64,000 nucleotides of DNA from Candidatus Pacearchaeota archaeon (GTDB lineage: Archaea; Nanobdellota; Nanobdellia; Pacearchaeales; GW2011-AR1). Shown here one piece after another: positions 9,079-19,000 of this stretch. The notes beneath the pieces were generated by a model that did not search any database, had not been told where the DNA came from, and worked only from the letters and a program-made list of their open reading frames with translations. Made by a program: the position numbers and the translations under genes. The DNA is taken from positions 75,529 to 139,528 of the forward strand of contig JAFCEE010000003.1 of the NCBI GenBank assembly GCA_017609285.1. The letters run 5' to 3'. Within the stretch, counting starts at the first letter, position 1; each line of letters starts with the position of its first letter.

Positions 9079-9091
9079 GAAGGATGCTAAA

Positions 9092-9502
9092 ATGTTCAAG
9101 TATAGTAAGAAGGTAATGGAACATTTTTTGAAACCAAAAAATGTTGGAGAAATTAAAAAAGCAGATGGTGTAGGGAAAGTTGGAAATCCAATATGTGGCG
9201 ATATTATGTACGTTTATATTAAGGTTGGCAAAAGAAAAGGGAAAGGAAAGGAAGAAGAGTATATAAAAAACATAAAATTTCAGACTTTGGGATGTCCAGC
9301 TGCCATAGCTTCTTCTGATGTTTTATGTGACTTGGTGAAGGGAAAAACCTTGAAGGAAGCAGAAAAAGTGAGGGGGAAGGAGATAGTTAAAAAATTGGGA
9401 AATCTGCCTGCAATAAAATTACATTGCTCTGTTTTAGGAGAAAAAACATTAAAGAAAGCAATAGAAAATTATAAGAAAAACAGAGAGAAAAAAGGAAATT
9501 AA
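9092..9502 (+). CDS. iscU: Fe-S cluster scaffold IscU/NifU-like
   Basis: GNPICGDIMYVYIKV, FQTLGCPAAIASS and LHCSVLGE give the three conserved scaffold cysteines. Confidence 0.85.
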   Translation: MFKYSKKVMEHFLKPKNVGEIKKADGVGKVGNPICGDIMYVYIKVGKRKGKGKEEEYIKNIKFQTLGCPAAIASSDVLCDLVKGKTLKEAEKVRGKEIVKKLGNLPAIKLHCSVLGEKTLKKAIENYKKNREKKGN

Positions 9503-9547
9503 AGATTGAAATTTTTTAATTTGATTGTATCATAATCTCAAAAAACT

Positions 9548-9790
9548 TCATTTCTTTCTCTTAACTTTCCCAGTTTTCTTTCCTAATTCAGAAAAAATAA
9601 AAATGTAGAGAATTTCTAAAATACCGAGAGTATTTATCACTAATAAAACAATGAACCATACTAATTGTCTTTTTCTTGCTGATTTCCACAAAGCAAGACC
9701 TTTCCATGTTAGAGACCAGATTAAAACTACTCCTAATAATAATGGAGATACATCTAATAAACTTGCAATGTTAACAATATCAAACACCAT
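9548..9790 (-). CDS. small two-TM membrane protein
   Basis: 80 aa, hydrophobic, with a WKGLALWKSARKRQLVWFIVLLVINTLGILEILYIF motif common in small-genome archaea and CPR bacteria. The family name is not certain. Confidence 0.45.
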   Translation of the reverse strand: MVFDIVNIASLLDVSPLLLGVVLIWSLTWKGLALWKSARKRQLVWFIVLLVINTLGILEILYIFIFSELGKKTGKVKRKK

Positions 9791-9840
9791 TTTTAATTGA
9801 AAAATAAAAACTTTTTAAATCTTCCTTTTTAGTAACAGAC

Positions 9841-10458
9841 ATGAGATTTAGCAAGATAGAGGTTAGGGAACTAATTAAAGCATGGTTTTTTATTTCTCTT
9901 GCCTTTGCCATTTTGTTTTCTGGAGGCATTAATGTTTTATTTTCTCTTTCTTTTTCTTTTCTTCTTGCTTTCATAATCTCTGGCTTTACTGTTGGTTTAG
10001 CTTTTCTTTTTCACGAACTTGCCCATAAATTCGTAGCTGAAAAATATGGTTATAAAACTGAATTCATAGCTTTTGACAAGATGTTATGGCTTGCCTTATT
10101 GTTTAGTTTTTTTGGTTTTATAATAGCTGCTCCTGGTGGCGTTATGATTAAAGCTTTTCATATCACTAAGGAAAGAAATGGAAAAATATCTTTAGCAGGA
10201 CCCTTAACTAATATTGTTCTAGCTTTCTTTTTTCTTATTCTCTATTTAGCTCTGATTCCTTCTGGGTTGCTTGAAACATTTTTTATTTTCGGATTCAGGA
10301 TAAATTCATTATTAGCTGTATTTAATTTAATTCCTGTTATGCCTTTTGACGGAAGAAAAGTTTTTGTGTGGAGCAGAAAAATTTGGGGTCTTGTCACAGG
10401 ACTAGCCGCAATTTTATTTATAACAAGTTTTTATCTAGTTTGGTTAGATATATTCTAA
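9841..10458 (+). CDS. M50-like (site-2 protease family) membrane metalloprotease
   Basis: HELAHKFVAEKYG (HExxH in a TM helix) and NLIPVMPFDGRKV (second metal-ligand motif). Polytopic. Confidence 0.7.
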   Translation: MRFSKIEVRELIKAWFFISLAFAILFSGGINVLFSLSFSFLLAFIISGFTVGLAFLFHELAHKFVAEKYGYKTEFIAFDKMLWLALLFSFFGFIIAAPGGVMIKAFHITKERNGKISLAGPLTNIVLAFFFLILYLALIPSGLLETFFIFGFRINSLLAVFNLIPVMPFDGRKVFVWSRKIWGLVTGLAAILFITSFYLVWLDIF

Positions 10459-10546
10459 AAAATATATTTTCTTTTATATATATTAAAACATACCTTTTTT
10501 CTTAACAAAATATTTATAAATAAATCATAATTAGATATTATTATAA

Positions 10547-10597
10547 ATACAATAAGTTGTGTTTATTTTTTAATATGATACAATATGTTGTGTTTAT
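10547..10597 (+). promoter_or_regulatory. tandem NrdR boxes upstream of nrdR-nrdD
   Basis: ATACAATAAGTTGTGTTTAT (10547-10566) and ATACAATATGTTGTGTTTAT (10578-10597) are a 19/20 direct repeat. Each contains the ACAAxxxxTTGTGT palindrome-like core and they are offset by 31 nt. They lie between a TATA-like TTTATAAATA (~10513) and the nrdR ATG at 10621. Confidence 0.6.
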
Positions 10598-10620
10598 GAT
10601 AAACATAAGATAAAGAAAAA

Positions 10621-11061
10621 ATGAGGTGTCCGTATTGCGGCAATGGAGAAACAAAAGTTACTGATAAAAGAGATTGTAAAGAAGAAGGAATCACAAGAAG
10701 AAGGAGAGAATGTTTGAAATGTAAGAGAAGATTTACAACTTATGAGAGGCCAGAGATTGAGATTGTAGTCATGAAAAAGGATGGCAGAAGAGAGCCATAC
10801 AATAGAGATAAATTATTGTTAGGTATGATAAAGGCTTGTGAGAAAAGGCCAATTTCAAGAGATAAATTAAATAAAGTTGTTGATGAAATTGAAGAAAAAC
10901 TAAGGAAGAAAGGCAAGGAAATAGAAAGCAAATATATTGGTAAGCAAGTAATGTCAAAGTTAAAGAAACTAGACAAGGTGGCTTATATTCGTTTTGCAAG
11001 TGTTTATAGAGATTTTAAAGATGTTAAAGATTTTAAAGAGGAAATTAAAAGTTTAAAATAA
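10621..11061 (+). CDS. nrdR: transcriptional repressor NrdR (zinc ribbon + ATP-cone)
   Basis: MRCPYCGNGETKVTDKRD...RRRRECLKCKRRFTTYER is the canonical NrdR N-terminus. The ATP-cone follows (VVMKKDGRREPYNRDKL...). Confidence 0.9.
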   Translation: MRCPYCGNGETKVTDKRDCKEEGITRRRRECLKCKRRFTTYERPEIEIVVMKKDGRREPYNRDKLLLGMIKACEKRPISRDKLNKVVDEIEEKLRKKGKEIESKYIGKQVMSKLKKLDKVAYIRFASVYRDFKDVKDFKEEIKSLK

Positions 11062-11114
11062 CAGGAGAATATAAAAAAGAGAAGAAGGAAAGAAAGTAGG
11101 GGAAAAAAGAGGAA

Positions 11115-13142
11115 ATGGTAAGCAAGATAAGAAAAAGAGATGGAAGAGTTGTAAAATTCAAAAAAGAAAAAATAGTTGAAGCTATCTGGAATGCTGCCAA
11201 AGCTGTTGGAGGAAAAGATAGAGAAAGAGCAGAGGAATTGGGGGAAAAAGTTGTTGAGGAGGTAGAAAAAAAATTTCATGAAAGAATTCCAAATGTAGAA
11301 GATGTTCAAGATATTGTTGAAAAAATTTTGATAGAAGAAGGGCATGCAAAAGTAGCTAAAGCTTATATTTTGTATAGAAAGAGTCATCAGGATTTAAGAG
11401 AGGCAAAGGCAATATTTGATACAATTAATGTTGTTGAGGACTATGTCGGAGAAAAGGATTGGTCAATAAAAGAAAATTCTAATATGGGATTCTCTTTACA
11501 AGGTTTAAATAATTATATAACTGAAAAAATAATTAAGAATTATTGGCTAAACAGGATATATCCAGAAGCGATAAGAAAAGCTCATCAACATGCTAAAATA
11601 CATATCCATGATTTAGGAGTTCTTGGTCCTTATTGTGTTGGTTGGGACTTAAAAGATTTATTATCATCTGGGTTTACAGGAGTTTCAGGAAAAATTCATT
11701 CAGCTCCTGCTAAGCATTTAAGAACTGCTTTGGGGCAGATGGTCAATTTTTTTTATACTTTACAAGGGGAGGCAGCTGGAGCACAAGCTTTCTCAAATTT
11801 TGATACTTTACTTGCTCCTTTTGTAAGATATGACAACCTCAATTACAAAGAAGTTAAGCAATGCTTACAAGAATTTTGTTTTAATATGGCTGTTCCTACT
11901 CGAGTAGGTTTCCAAACACCTTTTACCAATATAACTCTTGATTTGAAAGTGCCAGAATATATGAAAAATGAAGCAGTTATGATAGGAGGAAAACCGCAAA
12001 AAGAAACCTATTCAGAATTTGTTGAGGAGATGAAAATGATTAATCGCGCTTTTGCTGAAGTTATGACAGAAGGAGATGCTTCTGGTAGAGTTTTCACATT
12101 TCCTATACCAACTTACAACATAACAAAAGATTTTGACTGGGATAATCCTGATTATGATCCCATTTGGGAAATGACTGCTAAGTATGGAATACCATATTTT
12201 TCAAATTTCATAAATTCAGATATGAAACCTGAAGATGCGAGAAGTATGTGTTGCAGATTAAGGCTTGACCAAACAGAACTAAGAAAGAGAGGTGGCGGCT
12301 TATTTGGAGCTAATCCTTTAACAGGAAGTATAGGAGTGGTAACTATAAATATGCCTCGTTTAGGGTTCACTTCTGCTAATGAAAAAGAATTTTTTGAAAA
12401 ACTTGAAGAATTAATGGATTTAGCTAAGGAAAGTTTAGAGATTAAAAGAAAAGTTTTGGAAAACTTTACTGAAAAAGGCCTATATCCTTATTCAAAATTT
12501 TATTTAAGAAACATTAAAAAAAGATTTGGGAATTATTGGGAAAATCATTTCTCAACAATAGGCCTTTTAGGAATGAACGAGGCTATTATGAATTTTATGC
12601 CTGGAGAAAATATTGTGACCAAAGAAGGAAAAAAGTTTGCATTAAAAGTTTTAGATTTTATGAGGGAGAAAATTGGAGAATACCAAAATGAAACTAATCA
12701 TATTTATAATTTAGAAGCAACCCCTGCTGAAGGCACTACATACAGATTTGCAAGAGAGGACAAAAGGAGATTTGGTAAAATTAAAACAGCTAACGAGGAG
12801 GCTGTTAAAAATGGAGCAAAACCCTATTATACAAATTCTACCCAACTTCCTGTTAATTTCACAGATGACTTGTTTCTTGCCTTAGAATTACAAGATCCCT
12901 TACAAACAAAATATACTGGAGGAACTGTTTTCCATGCGTATGTTGGAGAAAGATTAGAAAAAGAAGGTGTTAAATTATTAGTAAAGAAAATAGCAGAAAA
13001 CTTTAAAATGCCTTATTTTACAATAACGCCAACTTTCTCTATTTGTCCAATACATGGCTATATTGAAGGTGAACATGAGTATTGTCCTATATGCGAATTA
13101 ATTCCTGAAGAAAAAATAAAAGAGGAGGTTAGAATAAAATGA
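11115..13142 (+). CDS. nrdD: anaerobic ribonucleoside-triphosphate reductase (class III) large chain, lacking its glycyl-radical tail
   Basis: N-terminal ATP-cone (IRKRDGRVVKFKKEKI), core TFPIPTYNIT...MCCRLRL, and C-terminal Zn site FSICPIHGYIEGEHEYCPIC. The ORF stops just before the expected glycyl-radical motif. Confidence 0.9.
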   Translation: MVSKIRKRDGRVVKFKKEKIVEAIWNAAKAVGGKDRERAEELGEKVVEEVEKKFHERIPNVEDVQDIVEKILIEEGHAKVAKAYILYRKSHQDLREAKAIFDTINVVEDYVGEKDWSIKENSNMGFSLQGLNNYITEKIIKNYWLNRIYPEAIRKAHQHAKIHIHDLGVLGPYCVGWDLKDLLSSGFTGVSGKIHSAPAKHLRTALGQMVNFFYTLQGEAAGAQAFSNFDTLLAPFVRYDNLNYKEVKQCLQEFCFNMAVPTRVGFQTPFTNITLDLKVPEYMKNEAVMIGGKPQKETYSEFVEEMKMINRAFAEVMTEGDASGRVFTFPIPTYNITKDFDWDNPDYDPIWEMTAKYGIPYFSNFINSDMKPEDARSMCCRLRLDQTELRKRGGGLFGANPLTGSIGVVTINMPRLGFTSANEKEFFEKLEELMDLAKESLEIKRKVLENFTEKGLYPYSKFYLRNIKKRFGNYWENHFSTIGLLGMNEAIMNFMPGENIVTKEGKKFALKVLDFMREKIGEYQNETNHIYNLEATPAEGTTYRFAREDKRRFGKIKTANEEAVKNGAKPYYTNSTQLPVNFTDDLFLALELQDPLQTKYTGGTVFHAYVGERLEKEGVKLLVKKIAENFKMPYFTITPTFSICPIHGYIEGEHEYCPICELIPEEKIKEEVRIK

Positions 13143-13354
13143 AAACAAAATGTGAAGTGTATAGTAGAGTTGTAGGATATTTAAGACCAGTTAGTCAGTG
13201 GAATGAAGGTAAGGCAGAAGAATTCAAAGATAGAAAACATTTTGAAATAGCAGAAAAAAGAGCAGAAGGAGAATCTATAAGTGAAGATAAAGAGATTAAA
13301 AAAACAATTCAAATACCCCCACAACAAGAACAGATAGGGCAGGTTATTTGGTAA
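13139..13354 (+). CDS. nrdD: class III RNR glycyl-radical domain encoded as a separate overlapping ORF
   Basis: MKTKCEVYSRVVGYLRPVSQWNEGKAEEFKDRKHF carries the RV.GY glycyl-radical motif and WN.GK..E...R. The ATG overlaps the nrdD stop (ATGA), and GGAGG at 13124-13128 lies 10 nt upstream. Confidence 0.75.
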   Translation: MKTKCEVYSRVVGYLRPVSQWNEGKAEEFKDRKHFEIAEKRAEGESISEDKEIKKTIQIPPQQEQIGQVIW

Positions 13355-13355
13355 G

Positions 13356-14069
13356 ATGCAGATAGCTGATTTACAAAAATTAAGCTTAATTGACTATCCT
13401 GGAAAAGTAGCTTGTACTATTTTTTTATTTGGCTGTAATTTTAGATGTGGTTTTTGTCATAATCCTGAATTGGTTTTACCTGAAAAGGCTATTACGGGTT
13501 ATAAAGAGGAAGAGGTCTTAGAATTTTTAAAAATAAGAAAGAAGTATTTGGATGGTGTATGTATTACAGGAGGCGAACCATTAATAAATTCCGATATTAT
13601 TGAATTTCTCGATAAAATTAAAAGATTGGGATATAATATAAAAATAGACACTAATGGCTCTAATCCTGAATTGCTTAAAAATATTATTGAAAAAAAATTA
13701 GTAGATTATATCGCCTTAGATGTTAAGGCAGACAAAAATAATTATGATTTAGTTATTGGAAAAAGTGTAGATTTAAAAAAAATCGAAGAGAGTGTTGGGT
13801 TAATTTTGGACTCTGGTTTAGATTATGAATTTAGGACTACTGTTGTTAGAGGATATCATAATCAAAAAAATCTGAAAGAGATTGGCGAGTGGTTATTTAA
13901 AATTAGAGAAAGTAAGCCTAGAAGATATGTAATACAAAATTTTATTCCAAGAGAGAGAAAGCTTATAGACGAGAAATTTGAGAAAATAAAATCTTTTGAA
14001 AATAAAGAGCTTGAGGAAATGAAGAATGCTGTTTCCAAATATTTTGAGGAGGTAATTGTTAGGAGCTAA
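13356..14069 (+). CDS. nrdG: anaerobic RNR activating enzyme (radical SAM)
   Basis: LIDYPGKVACTIFLFGCNFRCGFCHNPEL (CxxxCxxC) and GVCITGGEPL. It starts 1 nt after the upstream stop. Confidence 0.85.
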   Translation: MQIADLQKLSLIDYPGKVACTIFLFGCNFRCGFCHNPELVLPEKAITGYKEEEVLEFLKIRKKYLDGVCITGGEPLINSDIIEFLDKIKRLGYNIKIDTNGSNPELLKNIIEKKLVDYIALDVKADKNNYDLVIGKSVDLKKIEESVGLILDSGLDYEFRTTVVRGYHNQKNLKEIGEWLFKIRESKPRRYVIQNFIPRERKLIDEKFEKIKSFENKELEEMKNAVSKYFEEVIVRS

Positions 14070-14122
14070 AATATATTTTCTCTAACATATTTATTTTTAA
14101 ACCATAATTTTTACAAGTAAAT

Positions 14123-15148
14123 ATGATAATTGGATTGACTGGCACAAAAGCTGGTGGGAAAGGAGCAGTTGCTGAGATATTGAAAGAGAAAGGTTTCTTC
14201 TATACATCCCTTTCTGATAGAGTTAGAGAAGAAGCTGTTGAAAGAGGTTTAAATAATTATACTGTCAAAGATTTGCAGGATATAGGAAATGAGTTAAGAG
14301 AAAAATTTGGAAATAATGTTCTTGTTAAAAGAACTATTCAGATGATTGAAGGAAAAGAAAATGTTGTTATAGATGGGATAAGAAATGTTGGAGAAATTCA
14401 AGAACTCAAAAAAGATGGTGCTATAATAATTGCGGTTGATGCTCCTCTTAACATAAGATATGAAAGATTAATAAGAAGAGGCAGAGATTCTGATCCAAAA
14501 GACTGGAATTCTTTTATTGAAATGGATAGAAGAGATAAAGGGATAAATGAAGAAAATTCAGGACAGCAAGTAGAAAAATGTATAGAGTTAGCAGATTATA
14601 AAATTTATAATGATAGTAGTTTAGAAAATTTGAAAAGAAAGGTAGAGGGGATTTTAATGAATATTAATTTAGATAAAAAAAGGGCAAGCTGGGATGAATA
14701 TTTTATGAAAATGGCTGCATTAATTGCTGAACGTTCGACTTGTTTGAGGCATCATGTAGGGGCGGTAGTTGTAAAAGGAAAAAGAGTTTTGACTACCGGT
14801 TATAATGGGGCTGCAAGAGGGACAAAAGATTGTTTAGAATTGGGCTGTTTAAGGGACGATTTAGGAATTGAATCTGGGACAAGACACGAAATATGCAGGG
14901 CTATACATGCAGAACAGAACGCTATTATACAAGCAGGATTACATGGCATTAATATTGACGGAAGTGTAATGTATTGTACTCATACGCCCTGTATGATTTG
15001 TGCAAAAATGATTGTGAATGCAGGAATAAAAGAAGTTGTAAGTTATCATGATTATGCTGATGAAGAAGCTAGAAAATTTTTAGAGGGTGCAGGAGTTAAA
15101 TTGAGAAAAATTTCCAAACCTGATAATATTATAAAATTTAAAGATTAG
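14123..15148 (+). CDS. fusion of a P-loop nucleotide kinase-like domain and dCMP deaminase
   Basis: N-terminal MIIGLTGTKAGGKGAV (Walker A). The C-terminal half has HAEQNAI and THTPCMICAKMI (CMP/dCMP deaminase zinc motifs). Confidence 0.8.
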   Translation: MIIGLTGTKAGGKGAVAEILKEKGFFYTSLSDRVREEAVERGLNNYTVKDLQDIGNELREKFGNNVLVKRTIQMIEGKENVVIDGIRNVGEIQELKKDGAIIIAVDAPLNIRYERLIRRGRDSDPKDWNSFIEMDRRDKGINEENSGQQVEKCIELADYKIYNDSSLENLKRKVEGILMNINLDKKRASWDEYFMKMAALIAERSTCLRHHVGAVVVKGKRVLTTGYNGAARGTKDCLELGCLRDDLGIESGTRHEICRAIHAEQNAIIQAGLHGINIDGSVMYCTHTPCMICAKMIVNAGIKEVVSYHDYADEEARKFLEGAGVKLRKISKPDNIIKFKD

Positions 15149-15208
15149 AAAACTTTATTAATACTCATTTCTGAAATCTTGATTATAAGAAAGCGGGGAA
15201 AAATAAAA

Positions 15209-15541
15209 ATGGCAGAAGTTGAGAATGGAGTTGATGAAATTTCAGAAAAAGAATTTCAGGAGAAGATTAATGAGATGTTTGTAGTAGTAGATTTTTTTGC
15301 CGAGTGGTGTATGCCCTGTTTAATGATGTCTCCTATTATTGAGGAACTTGCTAAAAAATTTAAAGGCAAGATAGAATTTGTAAAAGTTAATGTAGATGAT
15401 AATTCTTCTCTTGCAAATAAATTAGGAATCATGAGTATACCAACCCTTGTTATTTTTAAAGAAGGAAAAGAGATAGAAAGATTAACAGGAGCTATATCAA
15501 GTGAACAATTAGAAGAGAAACTAAAAAGCTTGGTAAGATAA
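15209..15541 (+). CDS. trxA: thioredoxin
   Basis: VVDFFAEWCMPCLMMSP (CxxC active site, CMPC variant) and MSIPTLVIFKEGKE. The ORF track starts at 15179; ATG 15209 (MAEVENG) is more likely. Confidence 0.85.
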   Translation: MAEVENGVDEISEKEFQEKINEMFVVVDFFAEWCMPCLMMSPIIEELAKKFKGKIEFVKVNVDDNSSLANKLGIMSIPTLVIFKEGKEIERLTGAISSEQLEEKLKSLVR

Positions 15542-15581
15542 GTCTAAAGATTTTTAAATATAAAATTATTCTTAAACTCGC

Positions 15582-15687
15582 GGCTCCGTAGCTCAGCCTG
15601 GTTAGAGCACCGGCCTTTTAAACTGAACTATAACAGGAGATAAACAAAGAAAGCCGGGTGTCGAGGGTTCAAATCCCTCCGGGGCCA
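15582..15687 (+). tRNA. tRNA-Lys(UUU) with a 31-nt intron at the canonical 37/38 position
   Basis: Acceptor GGCUCCG/CGGGGCC; D arm GCUC-AGCCUGGUUA-GAGC; anticodon stem CCGGC/GCCGG with loop CU-UUU-A then intron 15621-15651 then A; variable GUGUC; T arm GAGGG-UUCAAAU-CCCUC; discriminator A. No CCA is encoded. An AT-rich TATA-like element lies ~25 nt upstream. Confidence 0.85.
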
Positions 15688-15804
15688 TAACCAAAAAGTT
15701 TAAAAAGGTAAAATTCTGACTTTTAGTATTGTTGAGTTGTAAAAGGTAATTATGCAACTTTCCTCAATAAATATAAATAAAATCCTCTTGTGCCTTACAA
15801 AAAG

Positions 15805-16011
15805 ATGCATATTCTTCAACCAAAACATTCTAAATTAAAATCTGATGAAGCTCAGAAGCTACTTTCAGATCTAAATATATCTCTGTCTCAACTTCCTAAA
15901 ATTAAATTAGAAGATCCTGCTCTACCCTCAGGTTGTAAGGTTGGAGATGTTATTAAAATAGAAAAAAAGGAGGAAGGCAAGACTATTGTTTTTTATAGGG
16001 TTGTTGTTTAA
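15805..16011 (+). CDS. rpoH: DNA-directed RNA polymerase subunit H (Rpb5 homolog)
   Basis: HILQPKHSKLKSDEAQKLLSDLNISLSQLPKIKLEDPA...GDVIKIEKK...VFYRVVV, immediately upstream of rpoB. The ORF track starts at GTG 15790. Confidence 0.85.
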   Translation: MHILQPKHSKLKSDEAQKLLSDLNISLSQLPKIKLEDPALPSGCKVGDVIKIEKKEEGKTIVFYRVVV

Positions 16012-19000
16012 ATGGACAAACATCTTATAGTTAAAAAATATTTGAAAGAACATAGTTTAGTAGAGTCAAACATACTCTCTTTTAATAATTTTATTGAAGA
16101 GAGGATGCAAGAGATTGTAAATGATTTAAATGAGAGTTTGTCTAATGAAGATATTGAAATTAAGTTGGGTAGGATAAGAGTAGAAAAGCCAAATATTATT
16201 GAGGCAGATGGCTCAGTTAGTATTTTAACTCCTACCGAGGCCCGGTTAAGAAATTTAACTTATTCTGCTCCTATATTTTTAGAAATAAGTGTAAAGCAAG
16301 CTGAACAGACAGAAAGTCGCGATGTAGAGATAGGAAGAATTCCTGTAATGGTAAGAAGTAAGATTTGTAATACATATGGAATGACAAAAGAGGAAATGGA
16401 GAAACATCATATAGATCCGTTAGATCCTGGTGGTTATTTTATAATCAATGGTAATGAAAAAGTTATGGTTTTAACTGAAGACCTAGCAGCTAATCAAACT
16501 TTCATTGAGAAATCTAAAAATAAATTGATGTTAAGACTTTTTTCTCAAAGAGGGGCTTATAGAATTCCTATATCAATCCAAGAAACTCCAGAGGGCATAA
16601 TAGAAGTCTCGTTTTCCAGATTTAAAAACATTCCTGCTATAATCTTATTAAAATCTTTAGGATTAACAAAAGAGGCTGATATCGCTAAATATATAGCAAA
16701 AGAAACTGATAGCTTAATAGTTAATTTGTATGAAGAAGAATTTACCAATATTTCAAATAGTGAAGAGGCAATGATGTTTATTGCAGAAAAGTCAGCATTA
16801 CAGGGAACAAAAAAAGAAATTCTGGATAGAGTAAAACAGAGAATAGATAATTATTTTATGCCACATATAGGAACAAAAAAAGAGAGCAGAACAGAAAAAG
16901 CCATAACTTTGTGTAAATTCATAAAGCAGTTTTTAGTAGCAAGAGAGAACCCAGAAATAGTTACTGATAAAGATCACTATGCTAATAAAAGAGTAAAATT
17001 ATCTGGTGATTTGTTGAGTGATTTGTTTAGAGTAAACTTAAATATTTTAGTTAGGGACATACAATATAGTCTTTCAAAAACAATAAAAAGAAGAAGATTT
17101 TATAGTTTAAAGACAATAGCTAAATCAACACTTTTTTCTAGAAGAATAGAATCAGCAATAGCAACTGGTTCTTGGATTGGTGAGAGAAAAGGAGTAACTC
17201 AAAATATGGATAAAACTAATTATTTATCTATACTTTCTCAGTTACAGAGGGTTTCTAGTATCTTACCAGGAGAACAGGAGAATTTTTTGGCAAGAACTTT
17301 GCATCCAACCCATTACGGAAGATTTTGTCCTATAGAAACACCAGAAGGAACAGAAATTGGTTTAAGAAAAAATCTAGCATTACTTGCTAGGATTTCTACT
17401 GCTATCTCGCTTGATGAGGCTGTTTTCTTAAATACTTTAGGAAAAATGGGGATGCAAAAACATATCAATACCGGCGAGGGATTTGATATTTTTTTCAATG
17501 GCAGGTTTATAGGAAGTGTAGAATCTGGAGAAGATTTTGTTACAAAATTAAGGGAGGAAAGAAGAAAAGGGGCCTTGCCAATAGAGATGAGTGTAAGATT
17601 GGATAAAACAGTTAAAATAGTATATATCTCAACCGAGGTAGGAAGAGTTTTAAGACCTTTAATTATTATTGATGATGGCAAGAGTAAATTAACGGAGGAG
17701 CATGAAAAATTATTGGGAGAAGGAAAGATAAGTTGGGACGATTTATTACAGCAAGGCATTATCGAGTATTTGGATGCGAGTGAGGAGGAAAATGCTTTGG
17801 TAGCTTTAAGAAAACAAGATTTAACAGAAGAACATACTCACTTAGAAATTGATGCTGTTGCTTGTCTTGGTATAATTACAAGTTTAGTTCCATATGCAAA
17901 TCATAATCAACCATCAAGGCTTTTAAGAGGAAGTAAAACATTAAAACAAGCATTAGGTATTTATGCAGCAAACTTTCCAGTAAGATTAGATACCGATATC
18001 TCCATATTGCATTATCCTCAAAAACCGATTGTAAAAAGTTTTGTTTATGATACTCTCAATATACATCCTGCTGGCCAAAATTTGGTTGTCGCAATAATGA
18101 CATATGAAGGCTATAATTTAGAAGATGCTATAGTTCTTAACAAAGGAAGTATAGATAGGGGAATGGGTAGAAGTACTTATTTTAGGCCTTACACCTCAGT
18201 AGAATTACATTATGCAGGTAATTTAAAAGACGAAATATGTATTCCAGAAAAAGATACATCTGGTTATAAAACCGAAGAATCTTATAGGTATTTGGAAGAT
18301 GATGGAATTGTTTACCCTGAAGCAAAATTAAATGAAGGAGAAGTTGTCATTGGTAAAACAAGCCCCCCAAAATTCTTGTCAGAGGCAAGAGATATAACTA
18401 TAAGGACAAGAAAAGAGGCTTCTTCAGTTATAAGACAAGAGGAAAAAGGCATAATAGATATGGTTTTTGTGACAATAGATAATGAAGGAAATAAAATAGT
18501 TCAGGTAAGGACAAGAGATGCAAGAAATCCGGAGTTAGGTGATAAATTCTCTACACCGCATGGACAGAAGGGGGTTGTTGGTGCGATAATTCCTGAAGAA
18601 GATATCCCCTTTACAGCTAGTGGCATAAAACCTGACATAATTTTCAATCCTCACGGTATTCCTAGTAGAATGTCTGTTGGTTATCTCCTAGAGTTGTTAG
18701 CTGGTAAGGTTGGTTGTATTTCTGGAAGGACCATAGATGGAACCTCATTTTCTGGCGAAAGTGTAGAGAGTTTAGAAAATGAATTAAAGAGATTGGGATT
18801 TAGATTTGATGGCAAAGAAGCAATGTATGACCCTATAACAGGGAGATTAATGAAAGCCAAGATTTTTATTGGAGATATGTACTATCTAAAGCTAAAATAT
18901 ATGGTAAGCAATAAGATGCATGTCAGAGCTTCTGGTAAAGTACAGCTTTTGACAAGACAACCTATAGAAGGAAGGGCAAAAGGAGGGGGGTTAAGATTAG

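Noticed and set aside
11004-11387. 127-aa minus-strand ORF spanning the nrdR-nrdD junction (also 10740-10999 and 12152-12370)
   Set aside because: They are antisense to well-supported nrdR and nrdD genes and give Phe/Ser/Leu-rich low-complexity translations.
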